64,000 nucleotides of DNA from the human T2T-CHM13v2.0 reference genome, Homo sapiens, in the NCBI RefSeq assembly GCF_009914755.1, contig NC_060938.1. The stretch is one strand, 5' to 3'. The position numbers and the translations under genes were made by a program. The notes beneath the pieces are model-generated. The model saw only the letters and a list, made by a program, of their open reading frames with translations. It did no database searches and was not told where the DNA came from. This document shows, piece by piece, positions 1 to 16,249 of the stretch; positions within the stretch are counted from its first letter, which is position 1; every line of letters begins with the position of its first letter.

Positions 1-161
1 AATGAAAAGGAATTATGGGGTTTGACTTTTGTGGGAACACTTTGGGTGGTTTGTGTGGCAGGAATGAGGTTACCATCAGGTGCAGGGAAAGGGAAGCAGA
101 TAGCAAGATAGGAAGACACTCTTTTTTTATTTTTATTTTTATTTTTTGGAGATGAGGTCTT

Positions 162-451
162 GCTGGGCATGGTGGCTCATGCCTATAATTCAAGCACTTC
201 GGGAGGCCAAGGCAGGAGGATCACTTGAGCCCAGCAGTTTGAGACTAGCCTGGGCAATATAACGAGATCTTGTTTCTACAAAAAATAAAAACAAATTATC
301 TGGGTGTGGTGGCATGTGCCTGAGGTCCCAGCTACTCAAGAGGCTGAGGTGGGAGGATAGCTTTAACCAGGGAGTTATGATTGCGCCACTGTACTCCAGC
401 CTGGACAACAGAACAAGACCCTGTCTCAAAAAATAAAAATAAAATAAAAAA
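162..451 (+). mobile_element. Alu (AluJ-like), preceded by a short inverted Alu fragment at 121-162
   Basis: Dimeric Alu with A-rich tail, diverged. Confidence 0.9.
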
Positions 452-3106
452 AGAGAGAATGGGGTTCTAAAGGGGAAAGCCTGTTTTTAGAAATGTGTGG
501 AAAGGGAAGGAGAAAGGCAAGTGATAACTGTCTAGAAGAGCATGTATCCTAAAGGAAAGGCTTCTTTTTTAGATGTCAGAGAAGTGTGTATCCTGAGGGA
601 AAAAGATAATAGTGCAGATGAGGTTGAAAAGAGGGGTGGCAAGCTTACTGATAGTGCAAAGGCAGGAGCAGGCTGGAGACGCTGATCCACCAGCCAGAGC
701 CACTGGTTTCAGAGAACAGGTGCAGAGTTATCTCACCTCTGAAACAAGAGGGCAGGGTGATAAAAATGCCCTCTGCAGAATGCAGCTGGGTATTGGGCTC
801 CCGCACCTCAGGCTGGGAGAAAGAAATGACTGAGTGTGACCAGCATATGGTGGTTTTCAGGGCAGATGAATTTGAAAGATAAAAAATTCAAGGTATTGCA
901 GTCCTTGTGGAGGGGTGGCTAAAGAGATGTGCCTTAGTAGTTAATCTGAAAGGCGAAGAAAATGAAACCAACCCTGTGGATCAAAAGAAAAAGAAGATAC
1001 TGGTAGATTGGCAGTCCTAATAATGTTAATTGGCAGGTGCCGTGAAAGCTGGGAGGAAAAAGTGCTGGTATGAGATGGGGTGTTAAAGATCTTGGAGGTG
1101 AAGCTGTACCAAGGTCCATGTATACACTATATTTCCCCTACCAGCTCGTAAGTTCCGAGAGGTGGAAGACTGATATAGATATACATTGTCGTGTTCCTCA
1201 GAGTTCACTATGTAAGGAAGGTTCAGATCTCATTTCTCTCATTTTATTACACATGTTGTGATGTATTAAAGGATGCTTGGATCATGTAAACTCTTTAGTA
1301 CCAGTAAAATAAGAAACAAGTTCACTCTAAAATTGTTTTTTGTATCAGTGTTATTAAGAACTCAAAGGAAAAGAAAAAAGGCATTTCTAGTCCAAATACT
1401 GCTAAAATCACTTCATTTTTTCATTTTATCTCCCAGACTTTATCCATGTAAATATTTAATTTTTAATAGATTGTAATTAAGATATACACACAATTATTCT
1501 AGTTGTCAAATTACCTCATTTTGGAATGAGATGAAGATTGAAATAAATATTTTCTATGTTCCTTAATGGTGCCATAATTCATAGGTCTATCATATTTAAC
1601 TATTGTTGGACATGTAGGTTATATCCAGTTTTTCAGTATTCCAAAGTATATGATAGTGACCATCTTTTCTGCATATAACCCTTTTTAAAAAAAACTATGT
1701 GTCTCCCTTTCCCCCTAACGTTTTCTTTCAGATTTTTTTCCTTGGGATAAAATTCTAAAAGTAGGAAAGGGACTTAAAGGTGAAGCTCTTTAAAAATACA
1801 TACTGCTGGAGTCATATTTACACTGCCACACCAATGTATATATTTTGATACTTTCACCAAAAATTTGCCAACAAAACCAAGAGCTAAGCACAGAATATAT
1901 TTAGTCTATGCCAATAAACTCTCAGATACTAGGAGAATAGTATTGGATAGGGGAAAGAATGCTGGCCGGACCTTAAGGAAGTTCAGATTCTACCCTGAAA
2001 GTTCCTTAGGATATAACTGTGTGACCTTGGTCAAATTGCTTAACTTCTCTGTTCTCATGATTGCTTATCTGTACGAACGTGTTTACCAAAATGATTGTTA
2101 GTGTGTCTTTTTTAAGCAAAGATTTCTGTTCCTAGTCTTCCTTACAATGACTCATTGAATAATAGCTAACTTTTATTGAGTACCTTCTGTGAATCAGTAC
2201 TTACAGTCACTGCGTAAACACTTTATATACATTGTCCCATCTAATTTGTACACAAATGGGGGGCATTCAGTCCAATTATACTCAAAGAACTGATGCAAAA
2301 CTAAGATTCAAGCCAGTGCAATGGAGGCTGCCTGAGTTCTCATAGTTGTAATGGGGAGATGAGGGATTCAAAGGGCAGCTTAATTCCAGTGTCCTGTTTC
2401 TTCAACCATGCTACACTGTAAGGCCTTGGCATATTTCCTCCTCAAAAAACTCCAAAAACGTTAACCTTGAACCAGTGTTTATTGTTGCAGATCTTCTCTT
2501 AACACCCCAAAGATAAGCAAACTCTGTTCCATTTACACAGAGTCCCAGGAACAGCTGAGTTGCTTGTATTTTTGTTTTTACAAAAGCTTTTGTTTTAAAT
2601 CCAACTTTTGTTTAGCATGCTCATTTCTCTTGCTAGAATAAAAATAACTTCACTTGTCTGGCTGTTCTCAGTTTTTGCATGTAGTTCATTTAATTCATGA
2701 CTATTTATCTTACTGTAACAGAACCTGGGTTTTTAATTGGCATTCCCTTATATAGGTTTATACTGCTCAAGATTGTTGCCTATTACTCTGCCCATGGGGC
2801 AGCTTTTATTTAAAAAGAATCAAATTAAATTGCTTCATAAAATTACAGCATGCGCTCAGAAAAGTTTTAAAAAAATTCTTTGTGCCTGGACTTCATTTTT
2901 TATTAAGAACTGCATCCAGCAGACTTCCTGTTTCAAAAGTTATGGAGTGGTACCCCCTAGTGGAAGATGCAGAGAAACTTTAATTAACTAGCACTGTAAG
3001 CACCAGAGGCACAAAAGACAGAAGCGAATTCTCTCCACTCCCTGCCACGGTGTGTTGGTTCTTTGTCACTAACTTACTGCAAAACAGTGGTCAAAGAGAG
3101 GGTGAA

Positions 3107-3382
<276 letters not shown>

Positions 3383-3520
3383 GAGGGTGAACTGTGAGCA
3401 CAGTTGGGTGGGTTGAGTTGCAGGGGGCAGTATAAAGTGAAAAATGGGACTGAGATGGATAACAGAAGGTCTTAAACAGCAGAGGCATTAGGTATGGGAT
3501 GGCCAGATTAAAAGACAGTT

Positions 3521-3797
3521 GGCAGGGTGCAATGGATCACACCCATAATCCCAGCACTTTGGGAGGCCAAGGCGGGTGGATCACCTGAGGTCAAGAGTTA
3601 GAGACCAGCCTGGCCAATATGGCGAAACCCCGTCACTACTAAAAATACAAAAATTAGCCAGGTGTGGTGGCATGCACCTGTGATCCCAGCTACTTGGAAG
3701 TTGAGGCAGGAGAATCGCTTGAACCCGGGAAGCAGAGGTTGCAGTGAGCTGAGATCACACCACTGCACTTCAGCCTGAGCAACAGTGCAAGACTCCG

Positions 3798-3830
<33 letters not shown>
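3521..3830 (+). mobile_element. AluS
   Basis: Full dimer with a long poly(A) tail. Confidence 0.92.
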
Positions 3831-3832
<2 letters not shown>

Positions 3833-4024
3833 TAAACCAGCAAGGATAGGGCTGGACTTGAATTGTGTGGGTAGAGTTTGGCTGTAGGGGTTGTGCTTGG
3901 TGAGTTGGCAGGAGAGCAACACCAGAATAGGCAGAGGACAAGTTAGGTGACAGAATTGAGACAGAGGGGAAGGAAGAGCTCTGTACTGGAAAGAAGAGAG
4001 GGGGTTGACTCAGAAGTGAATTAG

Positions 4025-4321
4025 GGCCACGCCCGGTAGCTCACGCCTGTAATCCCAGCGCTTTGAGAGGCCAAGGCAGGCAGATCACTTGAGGCCAGGA
4101 GTTTGAGACCAGCCTGGCCAACATAGCGAGACTCCATCTCTACTAAAAATACAAAATTACCTAGGCATGGTAGTGCACACCTGTAATCTCAGCCTCTTGG
4201 GAAGCCGAGGCATGAGAATTGCTTTAACCTGGGAGGTGGAGGTTTCAGTGAGCTGAAATTGTGCCACTGCACTCCAGCCTGGGCAACAGAGTGAGATTCC
4301 GTCTCAAGGAAAAAAAAAAAA
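4025..4321 (+). mobile_element. AluS
   Basis: Full dimer; TSD-like gaagtgaattag/gaaactgaattag. Confidence 0.9.
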
Positions 4322-4859
4322 GAAACTGAATTAGACTGCCCAGTGTGGCCAGTGAGAGGGGCTTTATACCCAAGGTGAGGACTGGAAGAGGGAGGGGGAC
4401 ACCATGACAGTGTCTGTGGAGCCAGCCAATCTTTTGAGGCTAGAAGTCACCTCCTCTGCCATCCTGTCCCCAGTGTAGTGAAACTCACTGGTTTGGGGAA
4501 GTCTTCACCTCAGCGACCTCAGACTGGCTTTACCCTCTGCATAGTGACTATATCTGTTTGAAACTTTAGGAATTTCTTACGTATCAGGTAAATAATTAAA
4601 CATTTCAAAAATTTCAGAAAGTTATCAGATTTTAAAATTGAATAAATATATATTGCTACATCAGAGCAAAGCCATATATTCTAACAGCCATAAACTAGGG
4701 AGAGAGGGGTGACATCCTTTAGGAAAACTCAGGTGCCCAACAAAGACATGCTTAGATGTCTTTCCCTATGTGATATCATCAATGAGCCAAATACACATAC
4801 TCTGTTTTTTTCATTTCTTCCCCCAGAACCACCGGAAAAAAAACTAAATACAAATTAAA

Positions 4860-4990
4860 TTTTATTTTTTTGTAGAAAGAGAGTCTAGCTCTGTTGCCCA
4901 GGCTGGTCTTGAACTCCTGAACTCAAGCGATCCTCCTGCCTCAGCCTCTCAAAGTGCTGGGATTACAGGCATGAGCTGTGGTGACAAGCC
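4860..4990 (-). mobile_element. Alu monomer (FLAM-like)
   Basis: Left-arm Alu sequence on the minus strand. Confidence 0.85.
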
Positions 4991-6020
4991 TCAATAAACA
5001 TACTTTCAATTCCATTACCTAGGTCACTGATTCAAATGCAAAAATACCTTGGCCCAGCACCCTAGGAACCTATGTCATGTGTGCTGATCAATACTGACTT
5101 GTTAATATTCAATCTGGAGATCGTATACCCATGGAGTGTTGTAGGGGCCCCTGACTTTTTCTCTGAATAGTAACTCTGAATTCGTAATGGCTGTGTTTAA
5201 ATTTTTAGTTTTCTTTCTGTAGGAAAAGTTCTGTGAGGATGGCTGCATTGTGTCAACTTCTAAGCCAAAGTTTGGGAATCTTAATGAAACCAAGACTGTA
5301 GATGTTACCAGGAAGTTCACTCAGAGCAGGCTCTGATGTGATGATAGGAGCTCTGGGAGCCACTCACCTACTTCAGCTTATTTCATCTAGCAATTCTCTT
5401 TGACTTAGTCGGAAATTTCTGGGATGCAAGGAACGGAAACTTATTCAAATCAGCTTTAATAAAGAGGTTGTTATTGTTCAGAGATGAGGGATGTCACAGA
5501 AGGAAGAATTGAAGGAAGCAGATCTGGCTGTCACAGGAGTAGAACGTCATCAGGCAGCTCCCTTCTCTCTGCATTGTCTTGCCTCTGCTTCTCTCTGCAG
5601 CTCAGGCAGGCCATCTTCAGCAAGGCTCTTGGTTTTTGCACCTCCATATCTTGGCTTCTATGGCTTTTGGTTGCCACAGCTTTGACTCTGGCACCAGTGC
5701 TGTGTCACCTTGCAGGTGATACAGGCATGAGCCACCACACCCAGCCCCACTTTTAAAACATTACTGGGTGAGCAAATTCCTTAATAAGAACATCTCTAAA
5801 CCCAAGTTAAGTGTAAAGGAAGGGGACCAGCATGATGAGAATCTAGATCCAAAGAGGACCAGTTCAGGGAACTAAGCATGTATAGGCTGGGCATAAAAAT
5901 CTTGAGGTGAACATAGTAGCCATCTTCAGCATCCTTAAAAGGCAAGGAGTGATTTTATTCTGTATTACTCCAGAAAATGAACCTAGAATACATGAGGGTC
6001 ATTACCAAGGAAACTGCCAA

Positions 6021-6310
6021 GGCCAGGTGCAGTGGCTTACACCTGTAATCCCAGCACTTTGGGAGGCCAAGGCAAAAGGATTGCTTGAGTGAAGGAGTTT
6101 GAGACCAGCCTGGGCAACATGGCAAAATCCTGTCTCTATAAAAAATACCAAAATTAGTTAGTCATGGTGGCATGTGCCTGTGGTCTCAGCTACTCAGGAG
6201 GCTGAGGTGGGAGGATCACTTGGGTCCAGGAGGTGGAGGCTGCAGTGAGCTATGATTGTGCCACTGCACTCCAGCCTGGGTGGCAGAGTGAGACCCTGTC
6301 TCAAAAATAA
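6021..6310 (+). mobile_element. AluJ
   Basis: Full dimer with J-type right arm (ggtgggaggatcacttg). Confidence 0.9.
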
Positions 6311-6606
6311 ACTAAGTATTGAGGGTGACTTTACACAATAGAACAACATGCAAAAAATACTTCACAGCATAAGAGTGAAGGCAGAAGGAATATATTTTGT
6401 AAAATAGAATGGAGCTGAGTGAGAAGCTGGTTTGTGAAGCACCTGCCATGAAATCCTGTGGCCTTGCTGGTGGTAGTCTGCAGGGCTGCCTCAGGTTTCC
6501 TAGTGGCCAGAGAAGGGAAAGGATAAGTCATTGCATCTGTGAGAGAAAATAAGCCATTAGCTCAGAAGAACTTTAAAGATTTCTGCCTGAGAGAATAGGA
6601 AAAATG

Positions 6607-7006
<400 letters not shown>

Positions 7007-7889
7007 CTAGGATTGTTTCTTGTAACATCTGCCAGAGTGAGACAGGATGGTGCTCGGTCAAGGCACAATTCAGAGGCCCCATGATCCAGTCTGGGTGTGC
7101 CATTCTGTGGGTCTCTGCCCTGATGTCTAAGGATAGGTTAGAGGACCTAGCAGTTTTTCCAAGATGTCCTCTGAGGGGCAGCTTCCCAACATCCCATTCT
7201 CCTATCCTTGGGCTTCTAAGAAAGACAGGGTTTGAACAAGGATTCTGTGGTTTAAAGAGTTTGAAACTGACCTAAAAGAAATGGGTGCATTGCTGTCCTT
7301 CACATAATCCTCTGCAAATATCTCTCATTTCCCAAAGTTCAGTAGTTAAGGAGCAGCAGTGAGTTACAAGATTAAGTATCCTTCAGTTAATAGGGTTGCT
7401 TAAAAAAAAAGAGAGAGATTAAACATCCTGATAAGTTCCTGGCACACACAGCATCCGTGTTGCCAGTTAAATACAGAGCCATATGTTTTAATAAGCCAGC
7501 AAGCTAGGGAGGGATTGACAACTTCTTATTAAAACTGAGGTACATAGCAAGGACATATGGTAGACAGAAGGCCACTGCACCTCAGCTTGGAGGTGGGCTA
7601 AGAAAGGACTGTCTGTCTGTGCTCAGATTCTCCTTAAGAAATAATTTAGTGTTTGCTCCAACAAGATAATATGCCAAGTACAGCCTCAGAGATTTTAGCC
7701 TGAACAAAATTTAAATTTCTTATAACCAAATGTCAGTTTTATCCATAAACAAATCTCAGTAAGTCCCTTATAGAACATCTAGCTTTTTATACTGAGAAGG
7801 GTATATGTGCATAAGTTTTAAAATATATATAAATTAGAAAGTTGGGTTTGGATTTAGAGCAACTGGCCCTTCTTTGTGATAATAGCTAA

Positions 7890-8237
<348 letters not shown>

Positions 8238-8797
8238 TGATAATGAAACCATAGCATTGATGAACCAGAGAAAGCCTCTGATGAACCAGAGGAAGGTCTC
8301 TATATTTCTTGTAATTGGAGTAAACACTGTATCTAATCCTCAATGGACTGTTACTCTTGACCTTGAAACGCGGTGGTATTAAGTGCAGGTTTCTTATAAG
8401 CTTTTGTGGCTGAGGGTGGGAGTGGGGATGGGGAATCAATACTGAGCTTGCATATCTCAGCCTATAACTGATTTCAGTCATCTGAGTCAAAGATTATGGA
8501 AAGGTCAATAAAAACTGCGAGCGCTCTTAGGTTTTTCTTATCAGATTGCTCCACAAAATTGATAAAGACTTTAATAATGATCAGTGGTGAAATAGCTGGG
8601 CCTCTAGAACCTTGTGTAGAACATTGGCCCAAGAGTCCCGGAACTCACATTTTATCAGTCAGGAAGTGGCATGTATTTTAGATGCACCACCTAGTAAATT
8701 AGGAGGAGAGTTAAAAAATTACCCTTGGGAAAAATGTGGCAGATCAAACTCTGCTCCAATCAATAAGGAAAATTTTCTCATTAAAAATACCACCAAA

Positions 8798-9525
<728 letters not shown>

Positions 9526-10675
9526 AAAAATACCACCAAGAAGGGATTTTCCCTGTCTGCTCACAAAACCAGGTGATTATTCAGCCTTTATTTCAAGAGT
9601 TCTGTGGGAATAGTGTATATGCACCAGAAGCCCTATGTAATAAAGTGGCACATGACTAAAGAGTGAAAGTGGAAAGTAATAACATTAATAAAACATAAGC
9701 TCATCTTCATTAACCTCCCAAGAGGGCAACAGGAGAGGTACAGGTGGGTACCAACTGTCTGTTAGGGCAAAACCCTAAAATGCCTGATTGACTACAACTG
9801 CATGGACAGATAGACCTTCCATCTTCACAGAGGGCCTGTCAGCTGGTGCAAAAGAAGCACCTGCCCTTTTAACCTCATCTCAAATGACCATGGCAAGGGC
9901 AATACGCTAGAGCTTAGAAGCCTGGTGGGCTAGGCAGCAAGTGTGACAGCAACAAAGTACAGGCTTCTGAAGGACTGGTCCCAGGTCTTCCAGAAGCAGA
10001 GAAGGGACTTCCCATTGTCCCCTCCCCTTAAGGTCCACACAGCCCACCTCTGGCTGACCTTACATTCAAGTAGATATGGAATCTTATCGCAGCACTAAAA
10101 TGACAGCGTTTCTTCTGTCCAGCTTGTACAAACGGAATACTCAACCAGAGACCAAATCACTCAGTTCTCAGAACACCTGAAGATTTTTTTTAAAATTGTT
10201 AAAAATCAGAGCTATTTATTAGAAGCAATCTGTGGGTGATAATAAATCTGCTTTTAGAGTTTTATTTAGCTAGATTTTTTATTGTGCTAAATAATAGAAG
10301 GTTACTGCCAGCACCATCTCTGATCAGTCTGCAAACTTAGAGCGGTCAGCCTCTGCTTGCAAACTGAAAAGTTAGTTTCCTAGACAGCACCTGTGGTCTG
10401 AACTTCAGTACTTCTCCAAGGAAAATCTTACCAGGAAAACTCTGCCCCAGAATCTGTCTATTAACAGAGCTGATAACCAAGCTCTTTCAAGGTAATAATA
10501 TGTTTATATTGAGTTTTATACTTTCCATGTTCCGAGGTGGCCATTTTCATTGCATATGTCATCCCACTAACGTGGCTACACTTATTTGTTTGTTGATGCC
10601 TGACAGTTCACGTCAGTCAAATTGCCTGCCCCTCTCAGGTGGAACGCTCTCCACTCCCAGAGATGTGGGATTTAA

Positions 10676-11014
<339 letters not shown>

Positions 11015-11280
11015 GTTGAAGTTTTAGATTTTTATTTAAATTTTATGTTGATTTAGGATCATAATTCCCATTTATTAATATTATTTATGTTCTGATTCTT
11101 TATATCTAGTATATTAGGCTTGTGTCACCCAAGCATGTGATCAATATAACCCTTCATTCAAGTCACAAATAAAAATCTTTTAACTGTGATGGTAGATTTA
11201 TTGATGGAATATAAGATGAGAATTGAATATATTGTTGCAGACCTATTTACTGTCATAATAAGATATCAATAATACACTGA

Positions 11281-11783
<503 letters not shown>

Positions 11784-14089
11784 TAATGTAATTGACATGC
11801 AGTTGTTTTATAAACAGAGAACATGAAAAAGGATTCTGTATTTTAAAAAAATTCAAAAGAAAAAATATCAAAGAGAGTCCTGTGGTCTCTAAAGAACTTC
11901 CAGGTCTGAAAGACTGGTTTCAGATTGCCATGTTGCACAGAATTACTGGAAAAGATTTTTAAAAACATCTCCCCTGGGAGAGTCACCAGGTGATACTGAT
12001 GTTGTCAGTCCCTGGCCAGCTAGAGGACACAGCCATGTAATTTAGCTATTGACACATCTAACTCCTCTGCCTCTTACTAAATATGGGACCTCAGGTTACT
12101 TGAATTTAATAAAAAAATTTTGTTTCTCCTGAGCGGCAACGTGGAATAGTAACATGAAGGATGGTAGTGAGGCTTAAATGGGGTAATGCCGAATCCAGTG
12201 CCTGGCACAAAGTAAAGCCTAGTAAGTGATACGTTGGTCTCCATAGCATCTAGCCCATGGTTCTCAACCTTATCCATAGGTGATTCCATACCACACGTCT
12301 TCCTTCTTCTCCCTTTGCAGCATATTCTAGACCAAGAGGAAGTAAAGAAAGCAATGGCTTAGTATGGCTGTTACTGTTGCTGCCCATTTGTGGAAATCAT
12401 TGTTTCGAATGCTCTCTGCATAAAGTGATAACCCCCTGATAAATAACTTATATTTTCACCCTTTTTTTTTTAAACCCTTTGCTGGTTTTCTTGTGGCTTT
12501 CCCATTATGGTGGAAATCCCCCTTAGAATTCAGGTAAGCCTGGAAGTTCATTCAAGAAACATTTGCAGTTGTGCCTGAAGCGGTCGGCTAGGGATTGATA
12601 TGATCTTCATTCCCCAAAGAACTTGAAGCCAAGTGGAAAAGACAAATCAGTAAAATACCAGTTTCCACATCATAACATGTTAGAGGAATTTTTGTTGTTT
12701 TGAATATCTCACTTGCTGGGAGAGAGTAAAAGGGTAAACTTTATTTTTAAAATTCCTTTTTCAAATAGAGCAGGATATTTAAAAAGCAATTCTTATGGGG
12801 GAGTTACCAATTTTGTATAGAATATGGTTCAAACCACTTCAGAAGGGCTGAGATCAAAGAGCCTTAATCTTGAAGAGGTCACAGAGCTATGAGGCATTGT
12901 TCTTGGGGTAGCAAGCTTGGCAGCTCCTCGGGGGATCGGCTAAGCTGATACACACCCCTGCTCCTCCCATCCCTTCTCCATGTGTGCTGTACCACTTCCA
13001 CACTTATGCCCCCAGAGTTGGGTGGCAGTGTGAGCAATGGAAAATTCCTTTGACCCCAGAACTGAGCTGTGAAGGTCATGCCACGGGGTGCATCTTTCCA
13101 AAATAGAACCAATGGATCTCAGCTCAGCTTCACTTTCTTTCTCTAAAGTCCAAGATACGTTCAGTAGCCCCATAATCTCCTCTGTCTTGAAGGGCTGCAG
13201 GGAGAATGGTTAGAATAGTCATTTTCCATGCAGAAGACTGGCCATCTGCTAAACTTGTAGACATCAAGATAATATCCTTTTATCTATCCCCCTAATCTTA
13301 CCCTCCCTTTAAAAAACTATCCTAAACATATTATTTCATCCAAGGTATTTCTAATGATTTTGTTTCTGTGGGAATAGTGTATACGCATGAGGAACCCTAT
13401 GTATTATAGTTTCAGGTGATTGAAGAGTGAAAGTAGAAAGTTGTAAAGTGCATATAAGTTATGGTTTCAGGTTTGTCATGAATTATTTTAATTTAACATG
13501 TGATCTGTAGTTATCTATGCAATATGATCATTTGTAACTCACATGATTGTAACTCACATGACAATGACTAAGGCAAAGATAAAATTTTTGTAGGCAAGGG
13601 CAGTTAACTATGCAATTTTGAAGCTTGTAATGTATTAGATTTTACTATTTTATTATTATTTCAGTTCTGATTCCCTTTCTTCTTCTTTTGGCTTATGGTT
13701 TGTGACCATTAGATGGCACTGTGCATCTCAAATATGGAAAGCACTTGGCATTCAAATGCTAGGCTATGCAGAAGAAAGTAACGTGCATTAGTTAATATTT
13801 TCATGCTATGGTTTCAATCAGGGTAGAAACATTTTATTTTTCATATAAAATTTGCCAATGTTACAGTTTATTAAGGAGAAATCCAGAATGTAATTCCACA
13901 GTCTTATGAAACTTACCTTGCATACAGAAACTATTCCTTTCTGTGTGACACAAGAATAATCCCTCTCAAACTTAGACTTGGGCCTGGGGCTCCCGAGTCA
14001 AATGAGAGAATACAGTTCCTTCACCTCCACTTCAGAGCATTATGCTGCTGATTTTCTAAGAATGTTGGTGAACTCATATTTGTCTGCTG

Positions 14090-14424
14090 CAGTGGTCTCC
14101 AACCTTTTTGGCACTAGGAACTGGTTTCATGGAAAACCATTTTTTCATGGAAGGGGAGGAGATGCTTTCAGGATGAAACTGTTCTACCTCACATAATTAG
14201 ATATTAGATTCTCATAAGGAATGTGTGACCTAGATCCCTTAAATCCGCTGTTCAGGATAGGGTTTGTGCTCCTGTGAGAATGTAGTGCTGCCACTGATCT
14301 GACGGGAAGTGGAGTTCAGGGGGTAATGCTGGCTTGCCCGCCACTCACCTCCTGCTATGTGGCTGGGTTCCTAACCGGCCACAGGACTGTTAACTGTTCG
14401 TGGCCTGGGGGTTGGGGACCCCTG
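14090..14424 (+). mobile_element. MER1B-like hAT-Charlie DNA transposon
   Basis: Terminal inverted repeats cagtggtctccaacc ... ggttggggacccctg; degenerate 8-bp TSD gtctgctg/gtctagtg. Confidence 0.85.
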
Positions 14425-14679
14425 GTCTAGTGTGTTCTGTCATTTGTAGGTCCTTATCACCAGAAGCATTTGCTTACAAATAGGACGCAAATTCATTTAC
14501 AAATTACAAATCATCTGAGGTGCTAGTCTTAACTCTAGAAAAGAATAAAATTAATTGGCTTTCAATCCCAGGAGCTAGCTTTTTTACTCTCATCTTTAAT
14601 CAGCTAATGGAAGATGATGTTACTGACATTTCATCCCCAGACTTTGTCCCCTACATAGCACAGCCCTTGATACACCAAC

Positions 14680-15050
14680 AATCTCTTTGTTCCCCTTAAT
14701 CTCCAGCCTTCTCTCCTACTGTACAACCCCTTCACTCCAGAGCTCTGCCTGAGGCCTTGTGTCCTCTCCTTCTACAACTCCCCTGAGCAGTCTCACCTGT
14801 GCCCAGGACTCCAGTTCCTTGATGGTGTTAACGTTTCCCAGTCTGTATCTTCAGTCCATGCAGCCACTTCTTCCACTTGGATGTCTTCAGGCACTTCTAA
14901 ACTTAACTCATCCAAAATAGTGCTCACTATGCCCAACTTCAAACTTAGTGTTCCCTCTCTCAGGGAATGCCGCCGTCATCAGTGACATGCCCCATGCAGA
15001 GATCTGAGTCAGGATCAACCTTCTCTTGCTCTCATCCCTCAACTTACCCA
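14680..15050 (-). mobile_element. L2 fragment
   Basis: ccacttggatgtct...gcacttctaaacttaac..tccaaaa is typical of L2. Confidence 0.6.
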
Positions 15051-15360
15051 GGGATGAGGGGAAGAGCCAGGATTTGGAACCAGGAAGTGCAGCTCCACAT
15101 CACGATCCCTAATCTACAACATGATAGAGAAAACAAATAAGATACATATTCATTTACAAATTACAAATTATCTGAGGTGCTAGCCTTAACTCTAGAAATG
15201 TGAAACAGATTTTCATTATTTTAATTGAGGATACTAGTATCTATTTAATAAAACTTTGTCATGTGGCCCTGTTTCAGTACGTAGATATCTGAGAGTAAGA
15301 GGGTAGTTTTTTTGTTTTTGTTTTTGTTTTTACCAAAACTCTTTTTTTCCTGCTTTTTAC

Positions 15361-16249
15361 TGTTACCAGCGGTGAATCCCTCTGGGTCTGCAGCAACCTC
15401 AATTCTTGCCTCCTCAGAAGAAAGAATTTGACCAAGGGGCATAAAGCAGAAAGATAGTGCAAGGCAAGTTTTAGAGGAGGAGTGAAAGTTTATTAAAAAG
15501 CTTTATAGCAAGAATGAAAGGAAGTACACTTGGAAGAAGGCCAAGTGGGCGACCTGAGAGATCACGTGCATGGTTTTACCTTTTGACTTGGGGTTTTATA
15601 TGTTGGCATGCTTCTGGGGTCTGGTGTCACTTCTCCCTTGATTCTTCCCTTGGGTTGGGCTGAGATAAAAGCACTATCTTATGTTCAAAGATCACATAAT
15701 GTAGGGTAAAGGAGAATAACTTCATTTACACCATGAGAACACAGTGTATAGGTGCCGTAAGGGACATGTGTACTGGTGGACATGGGTACAGGGAGGGAGA
15801 ATTTAAATCCTCATGGTGGTTCCAGAAAGATTACACTGAAGAAGGGTCTGCATGTGCAATGGCCAGCCAGTGCCTGGGAGGGGCTGCATGCTCACTGTGT
15901 TTATTGGAGTTGTATGCATGCTCACCTGAGGCGTTCTTACCTTACCAGTCAAAAGTTCCTAGAAGGTCATATATACCAGTTAAAGTCTGCCATGTTGCCT
16001 CCTAATGCACATGCTTGAGCCCACTCGCCCAACTCCTGAGATCTTATCGGGAAGCTGCGGATCACAACTTTCAGGTTTTTTTCTACTGGGAGACTGCCTT
16101 CCCCTGGGGCCACCTGTGACCAATTATTATTTTAGAGAAACAGTGTAACAACCACCTGACCATCACTTGATGTTGGCCTGACATTCCTGGTGGGGCAGGA
16201 GGAGCCCTCTTCTGCCCTGCTCATACCTGATTAGCTATCTACTGTAATA
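15361..16249 (-). mobile_element. ERV1 solo LTR, MER50-like, with a foreign ~185-bp insert at 15661-15845
   Basis: Termini tgttacc...ctactgtaata; interior matches the recalled MER50 consensus (gggtctgcagcaacctcaattcttgcctcctcagaagaaagaatt); flanks ttac/gtac. Confidence 0.8.
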
